Of a stretch of 64,000 bases of DNA, positions 1 through 12,672 are shown piece by piece. A program made the position numbers and the translations under genes. The DNA is from Chrysomallon squamiferum (taxonomy: Eukaryota > Animalia > Mollusca): contig CM022674.1 in the NCBI GenBank assembly GCA_012295275.1, forward strand, positions 5,146,001 through 5,210,000, in the 5' to 3' direction. Each line of letters opens with the position of its first letter. The stretch's first letter is position 1. The notes under the pieces were generated by a model. The model was not told where the DNA came from and ran no database searches. It saw only the letters and a program-made list of their open reading frames with translations.

Positions 1-422
1 TTGTGAGTTGTGTAGAATACAAGTATCAGATAAATATTAAATTTATAATAATAATAAGAAGAAGAAAATGATATCTTTTTTTTGAGAAAAAAATTTCAAA
101 CATTTTTCATAAAGTTGATTAAAAGAAATTGCAGTTTTTTAAAAACTAATTACTATAATATAAACATTTTTTTGTTATATAAATTTTAATAATAATAATA
201 ATAATCACTAAATAATAATCAATCAATCAATCAATGAAATCATTTTCAAATGAAGCCAAGCTAAGATTTAAACTTTTTAAAAACTTCACAAAAGTCAACA
301 CGGACTTCCAAACATTACACAAGATTTTTGTCTTTTTTTTTTTTTCTTTCTTTAAAACAAAAGACAGGACTTCTGATTCAAATGTGCTAACTCCAAAGCC
401 TTTTTATTTGCATTTCTTTGAG

Positions 423-576
423 ATTTCAAGAATCCAGTGTGAAATTTGAGACCTGCGGTATACTATACCGTACATTTGGCACATACAGTTGTTCTAGTTT
501 GCCTGCCAAAGCCCAAGAAGGAGAGGAATCTGTTGTGACTGTAACGAGTCAGTTTTTAGCAGAATATATGGTGTAA
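423..576 (+). CDS. Candidate terminal coding exon of an unidentified upstream gene (..FQESSVKFETCGILYRTFGTYSCSSLPAKAQEGEESVVTVTSQFLAEYMV*)
   Basis: Branch-like CTAAC at 387-391, pyrimidine tract 400-420, AG at 421-422 (alternative 429-430). Frame open 391-576 with balanced composition. No family recognised. Confidence 0.3.
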
Positions 577-1689
577 AAAAACAAACAGGCCAGGTTTTCC
601 TTTTATCATAGTAGTTAATAACTTAAAAGGGCCAGAATTGGCTAAAGGATCTTTTAAAAAAAAAAAAAAAAAATGGACTAAACAAAACAACAAAAACAAA
701 AATAATAAATCAGCCAAATGGTCTTTTGCAAACATTGGTGAAAAAGCCCAAACTGGCAAAGTGGTCCATTACAGACACAGCATTTTTTTGTTGTCGTTGT
801 GAAACATTAGAAATGCACCCAGACTTTGCTTAGTGGTTTACGGTAAAACATTATTTCTGGCTGTGTGTTGTCTAATTGTAAATAATCTTGGACATGTCGT
901 CTGATTGTAAATACTTTGGACACACTGTCTGCCATGAAAAAAAGAAAACAACAAAAAAAAAAACATCATCACAAACAGTCCATATGCTGTCGACTGCTGT
1001 GGACTTCTGCTGTTCAAAACAAACTTCACCTTATTATTTTTTTTTTAGTTTACAGTGTTTACGCTATACATTGTGTTTACACAGACAGAAGTGTGTCTAA
1101 ACAGAAAGTGTGACTACTATAGCTGACCACTGTGAAGTGACTCTGCATGCCTTCATCAGATGACTATGAAATGACTTGTCTACTACACCCCCCACGTATG
1201 GGGTGACTATGGAATGACTTATATCGACATCCCCTGTTAAAGGGTGACTGCGAAACGACCTAATTACATCCCTTGAAAATGGTGACTGTTAAATTCACTT
1301 TCGTTGGGTGACTGTTACCGAGTGACTGTCACCTGCAGGTTTACACTGGTACAGAACGAAATTTGAGTACTAGGACAGTCCCTTTTGATATTGCAAACAA
1401 GTGACAAAAAAAAAAATTAAATAATAAATAATAACAATAACATGAGAATATGATGCATTTCATTTGAATCAACCAGTTAGAAACAAGATGTTTCTCTGTC
1501 ATTGACATTTTGCCATGTTTATGATGTTTTATCTGCTGCTAATGTTAAAGATACTGAAATGAGATCATCATTGTTATTAAAGGAGTGTCGGTACTGGACA
1601 AGGAAAGAAGAAGAAAATAATGAATTTCAATATATTGTTGAAGAAGATACAGGCTCCCCACTATTTTGGGCTGTCGAGCCTGGTATAAG

Positions 1690-2300
1690 TTGAATACTGA
1701 AATGAGTCGTTTTCATCATGAAATGAAATAAAATTGTATAAAGAATACTAAAAAAAAAAAGAATTAATGTAAATTAAATGAAATGAATTTTATTTATTTA
1801 CATCTAAAATTGAAATCGGTTTATATCAAGAACTGAAATGAATATTGTTTACATCAGGAGTTGAAATGAGATTGTTTACATCTGGAACTGAAATGAGTTG
1901 CATTGTTTACACCAAGAACTGAAATGAGTTATATTGTTTACATCAGGAACTGAAATGAGTTACGTTATTACATCAAGAATTCAAATGAGTTGTATTTACA
2001 TCTACGACGCTGAATTATTCAAACCTGTATTAATTATACCAAGGACTGAAATAAGCTGGATTGTTTACATTCAAGGACTCAAGTTTGCATCAGTTGAGAA
2101 TTCAAACACCTTCACGACATGGACAATTGTTTGCGTCACGTTTAAACAAGTTACGTTTACATCAAGAATTCAAATGAGTTATGTTTACAACAAGTAACTC
2201 AAGTAAGTTACGTTTACATCAAGAATTCAAATGAGTTGTGTTTACATCCAGGACACCTATATGAGTTACCAAAAATGACATTACTGTATTGTTTACACAG
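1690..2300. repeat. Degenerate ~30-bp minisatellite (aactgaaatgagttgtattgtttacatcaag)
   Basis: Recurring ctgaaatgag / tgtttacatc motifs, more than 10 decayed units. Confidence 0.8.
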
Positions 2301-2865
2301 TAAACCAATAACTAACTGCCATGAATTGTAATGAAATTTTAGATGTTTTGGGGGGATACCAGTTAAATAAGGGCCAACAACCACAGGTAGGGTTTTTCTG
2401 TTGAAAAAAAAAAAAAAAAAAAAAAAAATTAAATAAAATTATTTACATAGTTTAAATAAAACAATTTACAACTGGCCATAAACTGCAAGTGATTGGTGTC
2501 ATAAAACTTGCTAAATAATTAATTGTACTAAAAATAGCAGCAGGTCACAGATGCTAAATTCATATTGGTTTACCAGCAAATGGACCGTACTCTTTATATA
2601 AATAATTTGAGCCATCACAAACCCATGCTGTAGTATAGACACGTAAAGTTAATACATAGACCGCCATGAAAGAGACTTCACCAATATTGCCAGCTTTCGG
2701 TGTGTAGAAGCAAAAGCGCCTTGTTATGTTACTGGGCAGTTGCTAAATGCTCTTAAATATTAACTATGTTAATTCCTTTTTCTGATCGGATGTAACATAT
2801 AACAGTTATTAAATAAACTGGCTTTGTAACTTTATCAGAATTCCAGTCAACATAATGTTAGTATG

Positions 2866-3262
2866 GTTAAATGACCCTTACTTGCTTCATGGGTCATTAT
2901 GCAGTTAATTGACCCTTACTTGCCTCATGGGTCGGTATGAAGTTAAATGACCCTTACTTGCTTCATGGGTCATTATGCAGTTAATTGACCCTTACTTGCT
3001 TCATGGGTCAGTATGAAGTTAAATGACCCTCACTTGCTTAATGGGTCAGTATGCAGTTAAATGACCCTTACTGCTTCATGGGTCAGTATAAAGTTAATTG
3101 AACCTTATTGCTTCATGGGTCAGTTTGCAGTTAAATGACCCTTACTGCTTCATGGGTCAGTATGAAGTTAAATGATCCTTACTGCTTCGTAGGTTATTCT
3201 ACAGTTAAATGACCCTTACTGCTTCTTGGCCCAGTACAAATTTAAATGGCCCTTGTTGCTGG
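2866..3262. repeat. 37-38 bp tandem repeat, ~10-11 units (gttaaatgacccttacttgcttcatgggtcattatgca)
   Basis: Units start at 2866, 2904, 2942, 2980, 3018, 3056 etc.; most contain a TGACCC...GGGTCA inverted pair. Confidence 0.95.
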
Positions 3263-4212
3263 TATAATGTTGGCCCTTACCTGTATGTGGGCTGCTTAGG
3301 TGTACAGGTTCTATAACCACAGCAACAGCACAGATCATGAATTGAGTGATTTCATCGTGGACAAGAGATGCACAGACACAGAACAGACCCTGTAGCTCCA
3401 TGATGGGGCTTTTTTCAACAAAACAGAAAATGAAGTGACCGTTCGATTTCATCATAATGGGCATCTACTGAAAATGAACTTGCCCTACAACAACTTCAAG
3501 AAATAGATTCAGTTAAATTGTGGCCAGTATATAAAGTAAGAACATTTTATAAGAAAAAAGAAAAAAAAAAGTTTTAAATTTTTAAAAAGAAAAAATAAGA
3601 GAGAGGGAAAGAAAGATATCCGCAGTGAATTCAATGAGCATTTAGATAACATCGTGATATAGGCCAGAAAAAAGAGAAAAGAGAAAAAGAAATGAAATAG
3701 ATGAAAAAATAATGATAATAAAAGAGAATTAGTAAAACTTAGGCACAAAGAGGTTGCGTCTTTGTGGTAAGACACAAAATGGAAAAAAAAAAAAAAAAAA
3801 AAAAAGCTATCTTTGTTGATGTTTACATCAAAACACTGCTATAGTTTTGACTGTAGTTCTTTATATTTTTTTAATATCCATTGTTAATCATATATCATCA
3901 CTGTTTAGTGTTTTTTTATTTTTAAATTTTACTTTGTAATCTTGCAGAAATATTGTCGATACATATTTTAAAATTATGTATGCTTATTATTATTATTAAT
4001 TTTTTTTTTTTGTCGAAAATCATATGATGTGTGTGCATGTACATTACTTTCTGTGTGTGTTGTTTGTTTTTTTTTTCTGATTTTTTTTTTTCTTTGTTGT
4101 CATGTTAGTATATTTTTCAAGATGTGTACAGATATATTAAAAAACAAACAAACTCTGCAGCTTTTCCCCAAGTGCTATTTTTTACATGTCTTACATGTAA
4201 TGATTTCTCCTG

Positions 4213-4245
<33 letters not shown>

Positions 4246-4377
4246 ATTAACTTTAAACATCTTGGATTTGAGATTTCATCACTTGATTCATCAGTGTTGA
4301 TGTCTCTGTTTAAATCATTTATCATCAGATTCAAAATTTCATTTTTAAAAAAAAAAATTTTTTTTTGCCTATGTAGA

Positions 4378-4414
<37 letters not shown>

Positions 4415-4529
4415 CATTTTTGTGTACCGAGGTAACCTTTTTTTTTATTATTCTATTTTTTTTTTTTATCATCATCACATTTCATATTCCATTTTTTACT
4501 TTTAGGTCCCTTTGTTGCTGTTGTTGTTG

Positions 4530-4572
<43 letters not shown>

Positions 4573-4707
4573 GCAGTTTTATTCTAGAATCTTATTTGTA
4601 TCATCACAGTTTGAAATTTCATCCAAAGTCTCCGTTAATTTTTTATTCTTAATTCGATTTTTTTTTATTACCAAATTTGAGATTTCAACCTTGAGGTCTC
4701 ACCCCTG

Positions 4708-4762
<55 letters not shown>

Positions 4763-5084
4763 TTAATTAAAATCCGTTTTACAATTTTTACATTTTTTTT
4801 TTTTTTTTCAGTATATATATATATATATATATAAAAGTAATGTTTGTCATGCAGATATTAAAACATGCCTATCAGTGTAATGAGTGTTTTGTCATTGTCG
4901 TCTGCACTCGAGTCTCAAACTTGCATTCTGACGTCAGACGTCTTCTTCAGCCATGTTTGCGACTGCAGTGTGGACACTAAAATCATGGGCCACGTTGTCA
5001 TTTGAACTTATTTTGTAACTGTGTGTTTGTAGATCGATGAAGTAATCATTCAACATATTCGTTAAGTTAGTTTTGCCAAAATTT

Positions 5085-5113
5085 ATATATATATATATAT
5101 ATATATATGAATG

Positions 5114-5152
<39 letters not shown>

Positions 5153-5158
5153 ATATGT

Positions 5159-5242
<84 letters not shown>
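5085..5242. repeat. (AT)n/(ATATGT)n microsatellite
   Basis: Direct reading. Confidence 0.95.
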
Positions 5243-5247
<5 letters not shown>

Positions 5248-6820
5248 GATAGATTATATATAGTTTTTTTTCTTCCCTTCATCTCTTTAAATCATGCACA
5301 TTTACAAACTTTAAAAAATTTCCACTTCTAACTAGTTGAGTAACTTTCTTCCCGTTCCAGACATTTCAGTAATCTTTGCTTTTCCTAAATAGGTCTGTTT
5401 ATTTTATTTTATTTTTTTTTTTTTTTTTTTTCATATGTAATTACATAATTAGTCTTTTCCAGTTGCAAACAGTTTTGTAAACCACAATGTTTAGCAGATA
5501 TCATATTTTCACCATACTATTAAAGAGTTTAAATATTTTTTTTTTATTATTTTTTTATTATTTTTTAATGTTTAGTATAATAGGCTTGTGTGTGGCTTAA
5601 ATCAAATGAACTGATAAATGAAAATTTTTGAAAATATAGGTTGGGGAATACGTAGCTTTGAACCAAAAGAAAGAAAAGATTCAGAATAACAATAAAAATT
5701 TTGTTTCTATGTTTACTCTGGTTACTGCTGTCTTTGACAAATTATGTTTCTCTATATTTATAATTTATTATATTTATGTCAGAAGTTGTTAATCATGAAT
5801 GAAAGTTTCGTAATTGTCTCCTTAAAAAAAAAAAAAAAATATATATATATATTTAATTTTAAAAAAATTGAAGAAATGTGTCTTTACTTATTTATTATTC
5901 TCTTTTCGTTTTTTTTCTTATACAAGAATCTTGAAGTTTTATTGAAATGAAATTTATATTTTTTCTAGTTTATTATTAATCTTAATGAATTTTCAGTAAA
6001 AAACCAGGATAATTTGAGATCATTCAGTTTTCTTTTTCACTTTTTTAATCTGTTTTCTTTGCAGTTTGTCAGAAAAAAAATCATGTATTTATAGCCTTTT
6101 TAATCTAGAATATCATTAGTTGTATTCATTGCACTATAGGGAAAGAAAGAAAAAACAATAATAAAATAAACAAATACATGTATATCAATTCAGTTATGTC
6201 CTTTACATCAAAGACAAAAAATATTTTTAATGATTTATATCCTTCACTGATACTGAAATGGTAATAAACCATTTTTTACTATTTCCTTTTGGCTTTTTCT
6301 TCTTCATTTTTTAAGATTATTTTCATTTATTTAGCAGTATTCATTTTATTTATTAAAATAGATTTCTTTTCTTCTTTTTTAAATAAATGATTTATTAGTA
6401 TTATTAATTTAGTTTAAGGAAAACTAACAAAAACAACATTCTTTATCTTTCTTATTTATTGATTTATTTATTTATTTAAAGTAAAGTTCTAAAGAATATA
6501 AGGTACAAATACTAATTTTGGTTTTTGTACATAATTGTTTTTTTTTTTTTAAAATAACCTAACTTTAGGTTTCTTTTAGATATCAAAATGTTTGTATCAA
6601 AAATGTAAACAATATCATTTCTTTGTTTAATTTTCTCACCATTCATTTGTTTTTTTTTCTTTTAAAAAATAAATAAATAAATAAAATGGAATCAATTTAC
6701 CAGTTTTAAAATGAGATAATACACAGATATAGTCTGATCATTGCTGAGAACTAGTAATAATAAGTTAGTTACTGAAAAGAATATCTTATGCTTCATATAT
6801 CTTTTGTGATAATCAGCCAA

Positions 6821-6857
<37 letters not shown>

Positions 6858-7281
6858 TACATATATACATATATTAAAAGAATACCCTATTATTGGGAGA
6901 ATTTATTATTTGTTTTTTAATCTCTTGGTTTTGCAAGCAGTTAATAAACAATTTGTAAAAAGCAACTTGACTGAAAAGAGTAACTTACGCCCCTCATAAT
7001 GAAGGTGTGGAGTATGTAAAACAGTAATTGCTCCTTTTACAATCTAAGGACACATTTTTTATTCTGTTAGTTATTTATAGGGAGTATCCATACAAAGGGA
7101 CAGTAGGGGAGGGGAGCAATTTGTTTTGCTGGGACAGTGTAATTTTTCTTTTTAAGATTTATCTTTCTTTCTTTGTCGATTTTTATTATTATTATTATTT
7201 TTTTTTTTTTTTTTTTTTTTTTTAAGCAGGGTTTCATTTCTTTTCTGTTTTTATTTTTTATTTTAAATTATTTTGTTAATT

Positions 7282-7330
<49 letters not shown>

Positions 7331-7954
7331 TATGTGGTTTCCCCATTAGGTGTCATTTTAGCTATTCCATTTCATCATCATCATCAGTGTAAAAAAAATT
7401 GAAAAATTAATAAATAAATAAAAAATGTTCTACAGCAAACATAGCCTTGTAAAACAATATAAATAAAAAAAACAAAAAATGAGTTTTTTTTATTTTATTT
7501 TATTATTATTTTTTTTTTTTACTTTATTTTTTAAAATGATCATTTGATAATGGTGCATTAAAGTTCATTTCTGTACCCTGACTGTAACAAAGACATTAGA
7601 AGGATACAGCGTCCGTCCATCCATAAATCTGTCACCAAAAATTTTTATCATCACCATTATCTTTTTCTTTTCCTTGCTGCTGTTTTAGGTTTTTAAATGT
7701 AATAATCCATTAGTGCTTATCATCATTTCGTTTTTTGATTTTTTTTTTTTTAATTTTTTTTTTTTTTTTTTTTTTTTTGAAATACTTTTGAAAAAAGAAA
7801 AGAAAAATGTGTTAAAATTGTGTCTGTATTCCTGTTTGACTGCTTATATCTAAAAAAAAAAGTATTTTTGTTTTTTTAGAAATGACCAATATCAGAATAT
7901 GTTTTTTAAAAAAAGTGAGTTTTAGTTATGGTTGTGATACATCAGTGAAAAAAC

Positions 7955-7985
<31 letters not shown>

Positions 7986-8945
7986 TAAAAAAAATTTTTC
8001 GCCAACACAAGGGATCGATCTTACAGTTTGATCATTTTTGTTGAAAGGATTTCTTTTGACTGAGGGTCACTGGCTCTAGAAAACAGAGCATACATTTTAT
8101 ATCTTCTTAGACAAGGAGCAACAGGGTGGATTTGGGATATTATGGGTTGTTTTAGGGTTGAATGCTCAATATCTTATGTTAGGCAGGGTCATACTTTATT
8201 TCCAAGGGATGGGAAAGGACATTTCTTCGAAAATCTGAACAGCATTCAGTACAGGTCTCATAATTTGATAGGGTTGTTTTGAAGAGGATGAGTTTAAAAA
8301 ATCTAAAATAATAATAATAATAATGTTTTTGATTGTTAGAGGGTTATAAAATTTTAGTAAAATACTGCTCTAACTACTTGTACTACTACTACTACTACTG
8401 CAACTACTACCAATAATAATAATAATAATAATAATTGATTTTTTTGATGTATTTTGCATTTTTCTGTTCTGTGCTGCTGTATATAATGAGGAGAAAAGTA
8501 CAGTCATGAAATACATTTTAAATATTTAAATTAAGACATAATAAAGATTTAAAAAAAAAAAAAATGTGGATCTTCATATATTTATTTTTTTATTTTTTTG
8601 TAAATTTTACAATTTTTTTTCTCTCGCAACTCATTTGTTATATACAGTTTTAATGAATAGTGTAAATTCACATTTAGATGACAAACCAAAGCAAAGATTA
8701 TGTTATTGTTATTGCCATGAAAATTATGTACATAAATAGACTGTTTTAGCCTTGAGCAAATAAATCTGAACGAATTAATAAATTAAGTAAGTAATTAAAT
8801 ATATATATATATATAAATTTTCTTTTTCATTTTGTTCTGTTAAAAAAAAAAAAAAAAAGATGTAGATTCATATTAATTACAGCTTAAGAACTATTTGACG
8901 TAAATAGAATGCAATGTGGAAAAAAACAAACATACACCAGCAGTT

Positions 8946-9104
8946 TGTGTGTGTGTGTGTGTGTCTGTGTGTGTGTCTGTGTGTCTGTGTGTCTGTGTGT
9001 GTGTCTGTGTGTGTGTCTGTGTGTCTGTGTGTCTGTGTGTGTGTCTGTGTGTCTGTGTGTGTGTCTGTGTGTCTGTGTGTCTGTGTGTGTGTGTGTGTGT
9101 CTGT

Positions 9105-9173
<69 letters not shown>

Positions 9174-9268
9174 TGTGTGTGTGTGTGTGTGTGTGTCTGT
9201 GTGTCTGTGGTCATGTATTATTGTCTGTGTGTCTGATTATGTGTGTGTGGTGTGTCTGTGTGTCTGTG
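8946..9268. repeat. (GT)n microsatellite with gtct interruptions
   Basis: Direct reading; source of the spurious CV/TH-repeat ORFs. Confidence 0.97.
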
Positions 9269-10331
9269 ATGATGGCATAATTATGGATTAGCTGATTATC
9301 TGGAACAATGGATTAAAGATGGATTAATAAGGATTAAAGGAGATTTCTTTCTTTACTTTTTAAATAATTTCTTATTATTATTATATTTTATTATTATTAT
9401 TATTATTATTATTGTACTTATTTTTTATTTATTATTTACTAAATTAACTGTGTTCATTACCAAATGTGTCACCTGTCTCAGCTTTAACAGAAATGGCTGT
9501 GGCCCATATATAAATATTCATATATGTACTGCTCATTAGCATACATACATATTTATATATATTTTACAGAATATCAATCATGATACAAAGATTTTTTTTT
9601 AAAACTGTAATGTTTAATTATTTAGTGTTTTTTTTCCCCCCCTTTTTTCATTGTTTGTCTTTTTATAAACCTAGCATTGTAATTTAGATTTTGTATTCGT
9701 ACAGTGTAGTTCAGTGATGATGATAATAATAATAATAATAATGATGATGTCATATTTGAATGGAATTATATTGGTGTGATGTTTTTTGTTTTGTTTTTCT
9801 GTTGTCTTGTTTTAGAAGAAAAAAAATAATAATAAAAAAAAACAAAAACAAGTACAGTTTTTAAGTTACTTTTCTTAAATCCTTGGTAAGTAGATTGCAA
9901 TGTTGATTTTTAAAATGTACTTTTCTGCTGTGAATATTCAGTTTTAATCAATTTTTGTATATGTCAGAGAGATGTTTTTATTTTATTTTATTTTATTTTA
10001 TTTTATTTTTTTAAAATTTTATTCATGAGATCAATCTTTATTAAAAATAAAGGATGTCAGTAATGTAGTACATCTATTGTGATTTGTGAAAGCTGCAGGT
10101 TTTTTTTTTTTTAATGGTACTTCTATGATGTAGAAAAGTAAAAATAAATTAAAACAAAATGCTAATAAATAAATAAATTAAGAAAACAACTAGAAACTGA
10201 TGAAGTTGATTAGTCATGAATTTACTTCAGTTGTTAAGAATTAACTTTCAAAATTTGTTTTTATTTATTTGATATTACTACTACTACTACCACCACCACT
10301 ACTGCCACTACTACTATCATTATTATTATCA

Positions 10332-10382
<51 letters not shown>

Positions 10383-10658
10383 TCTATTAATATTGCCACA
10401 TAATTGATTATAGCATGATTACATAAGAAGACGTGGAAAGTGACATCCACCATATTTGTACACGTTTGTATTACTTTAAACTTTATTATCAACAAAGATT
10501 GGTCTCTACTTACAAACTAAGCATTTAGAAGCAAACAACATATATCTGAGCTGTATGTTCCCCGTACAATGGGAAAAATTTAGATTTTTAATTCTTTAAT
10601 TCAAAACATACTCCAGTTCATATTGTGAATTTAGAATCTCGTGCAGAACTGTCAATTA

Positions 10659-10744
<86 letters not shown>

Positions 10745-11069
10745 TTATAACCCCCCACAAGGGCCAACTTTTTATACATAAAGGTGTTTTCATACAATGT
10801 TATTTTTGTTCTGTTTATTTCAGTTTATTAGCATCATTAATTTTTGGAAAATGTTTAGAAAATTAATTTTTAAAACCTGTACCAGTTACTGTCTTTATCA
10901 AAATAAACACATAACAATTGACATTTTACACATTTTACCTAATCATGTTTCAAACAATTAACAAATCAATGTTTGTTCGACAATTCCCTATCACATTTTA
11001 AGTGTCATCTTTCGAACGTGCATTCTTATTTTTATATTATTACAAAAAAAAATATTGTCTGCTGTTTCT

Positions 11070-11240
11070 GTTTAGATTAGCAACAAGGGTTCTTTTATGT
11101 ATGTAGTTTTGCTAGACAGTAAAATACATGCCATGCTTATGGTACTTTAATTATGGAGTACTGTGCAGAACGGGAAATAGTCGATTATGTGTGTCAGTAC
11201 CACTTGATCCTGCATCATGTCACATTAAGACATGGATCCA
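11070..11240 (+). mobile_element. Degenerate relic of a gastropod interspersed (SINE-like) repeat
   Basis: gattagcaacaagggttcttttat...agacag...tggagtactg...gaacgggaaatag resembles, from memory, a very abundant repeat of peltospirid gastropod genomes (gattagcagcaagggttcttttatatgc...ggagcactggctggaacgagaaatag); not verified by search. Confidence 0.4.
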
Positions 11241-11624
11241 TTAATAATCATTTTTATTTCACTGAAATAAATAAACAAATAGTTTCAACAAATCATATCA
11301 TACTTACATACCTTTATTTCATTTGTTCTACCACCATTCATGAAGTGGAGTTTTCATTTAGATTCTAAAATTTTTGTTCATTTCTGTTTTGTTTTATTTT
11401 GTTTTTGTATTTTTTTTGTTTTTCCAACATTCATTTATACATGCATAATCAATATCAATTTTTTTTAATTTTTTTTTTGGTTTGTTTGTTTTTTTTGTTT
11501 TTTTGTTTACAGTTGTAAGCATATTTTCACTGAATTGTCATTATATAAGGCTTAGGTTTGTACAAAACAGAAGGAAAAAGATTGTGATTATGTTTGTTTT
11601 CTTCCTTTTTTTTTTTTTTAAATC

Positions 11625-11672
<48 letters not shown>

Positions 11673-11989
11673 ATTATTTTTTTTTTTTTTTTTACGAACA
11701 ATAAATTTAGTCAATGGTGAAAACTTAGCTTATACATCTGATCTCTTGTTTGTTGTTTATTTTGAGTTTTCTGTTGGACTTTAAAGAAGAGAAATACAGA
11801 GATTGACATATATGAATCTACTGCATGGCCATTCATCATAAATACACGATGGTACACCTACCTTAATTATTAGAGTCCTTGACTTTATTCTTATGAAAGA
11901 TTGGTTTCCGCTCTTTTCTGTTAAGACATCAGAGAAGAAGATATGAGCAGGTATCTCATTAGAGATGAATTTCTTGCATGTTCTTTAAT

Positions 11990-12275
11990 GGGTTTTTTTT
12001 TTTTTTTTTTTATGGGGGTAGTTTATTTGGTTTTGTCTGGTTTGGTTTAGCTTGGTTTGATCAAACCTGACCAAACAAAACTAAACCCAGTTTTAAAAAA
12101 AAAAAAAAAAAAAATATTCATTTTTAGTGGCTTTTGTTAAACCTTTCCTTCCCAGTATCTTTACAAGTACCATCATCGTCTCAAACAAAACAAAACAAAA
12201 CCAGACCAAATCTATCTAGACCTGGTCAAACCAGATCATACCAGACAAAACTAGATCAAACCTGACCAAACTAAG
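11990..12275. repeat. Foldback of 5-bp-periodic (ggttt/aaacc) tracts flanked by T-run and A-run, followed by a 5-bp-periodic tract
   Basis: Centre tttgatcaaa at ~12057-12066; arms of ggttt-like and aaacc-like pentamers. Confidence 0.6.
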
Positions 12276-12282
12276 AAACTTA

Positions 12283-12672
12283 GCAGTACTTCACTGATAA
12301 ATGAACTAGTACTTCACTGAGAAGAGATCCACTACTTCACTAGAAACGATCCACTTCACTGAGAAATGACCCAGTACTTCACTGAGAAATGACCCAGTAT
12401 TTCACTGAGAAATGATCCATTACTTCACTGAAAAATGACCCAGTACTTCACTGACAAGTGATCCATTACTTCACTGAGAAATGAACCAGTACTTCACTGA
12501 GAAATTAACTAGTACTTCACTGAGAAAGGAATCGGTACTTTACTGAGAAAAGAACCAGTACTTCACTGAGAAACAAATCAGTACTTCACTAGAAATGATC
12601 TAGTACTTCACTAGGAATGATCCAGTATTTCACTGAGAAGTGATCCAGTACTTCACTGAGAAATGATTCAGT
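12283..12672. repeat. 23-bp tandem repeat, ~17 units (ccagtacttcactgagaaatgac)
   Basis: Period of 23 read at 12371/12394; some units are 22 bp. Confidence 0.95.

Noticed and set aside
456-470. Perfect 7-bp inverted repeat cggtata-c-tataccg
   Set aside because: A single short palindrome; expected occasionally by chance in 64 kb
1030-1125. Acceptor-like [18 protein letters not shown] by short open frames (VYSVYAIHCVYTDRSVSKQKV*)
   Set aside because: No recognisable homology; such acceptors are common in this T-rich background
2866-12672. Regular short repeats (2866-3262, 12283-12672) superficially like CRISPR arrays
   Set aside because: Head-to-tail units without unique spacers, eukaryotic context, no cas genes
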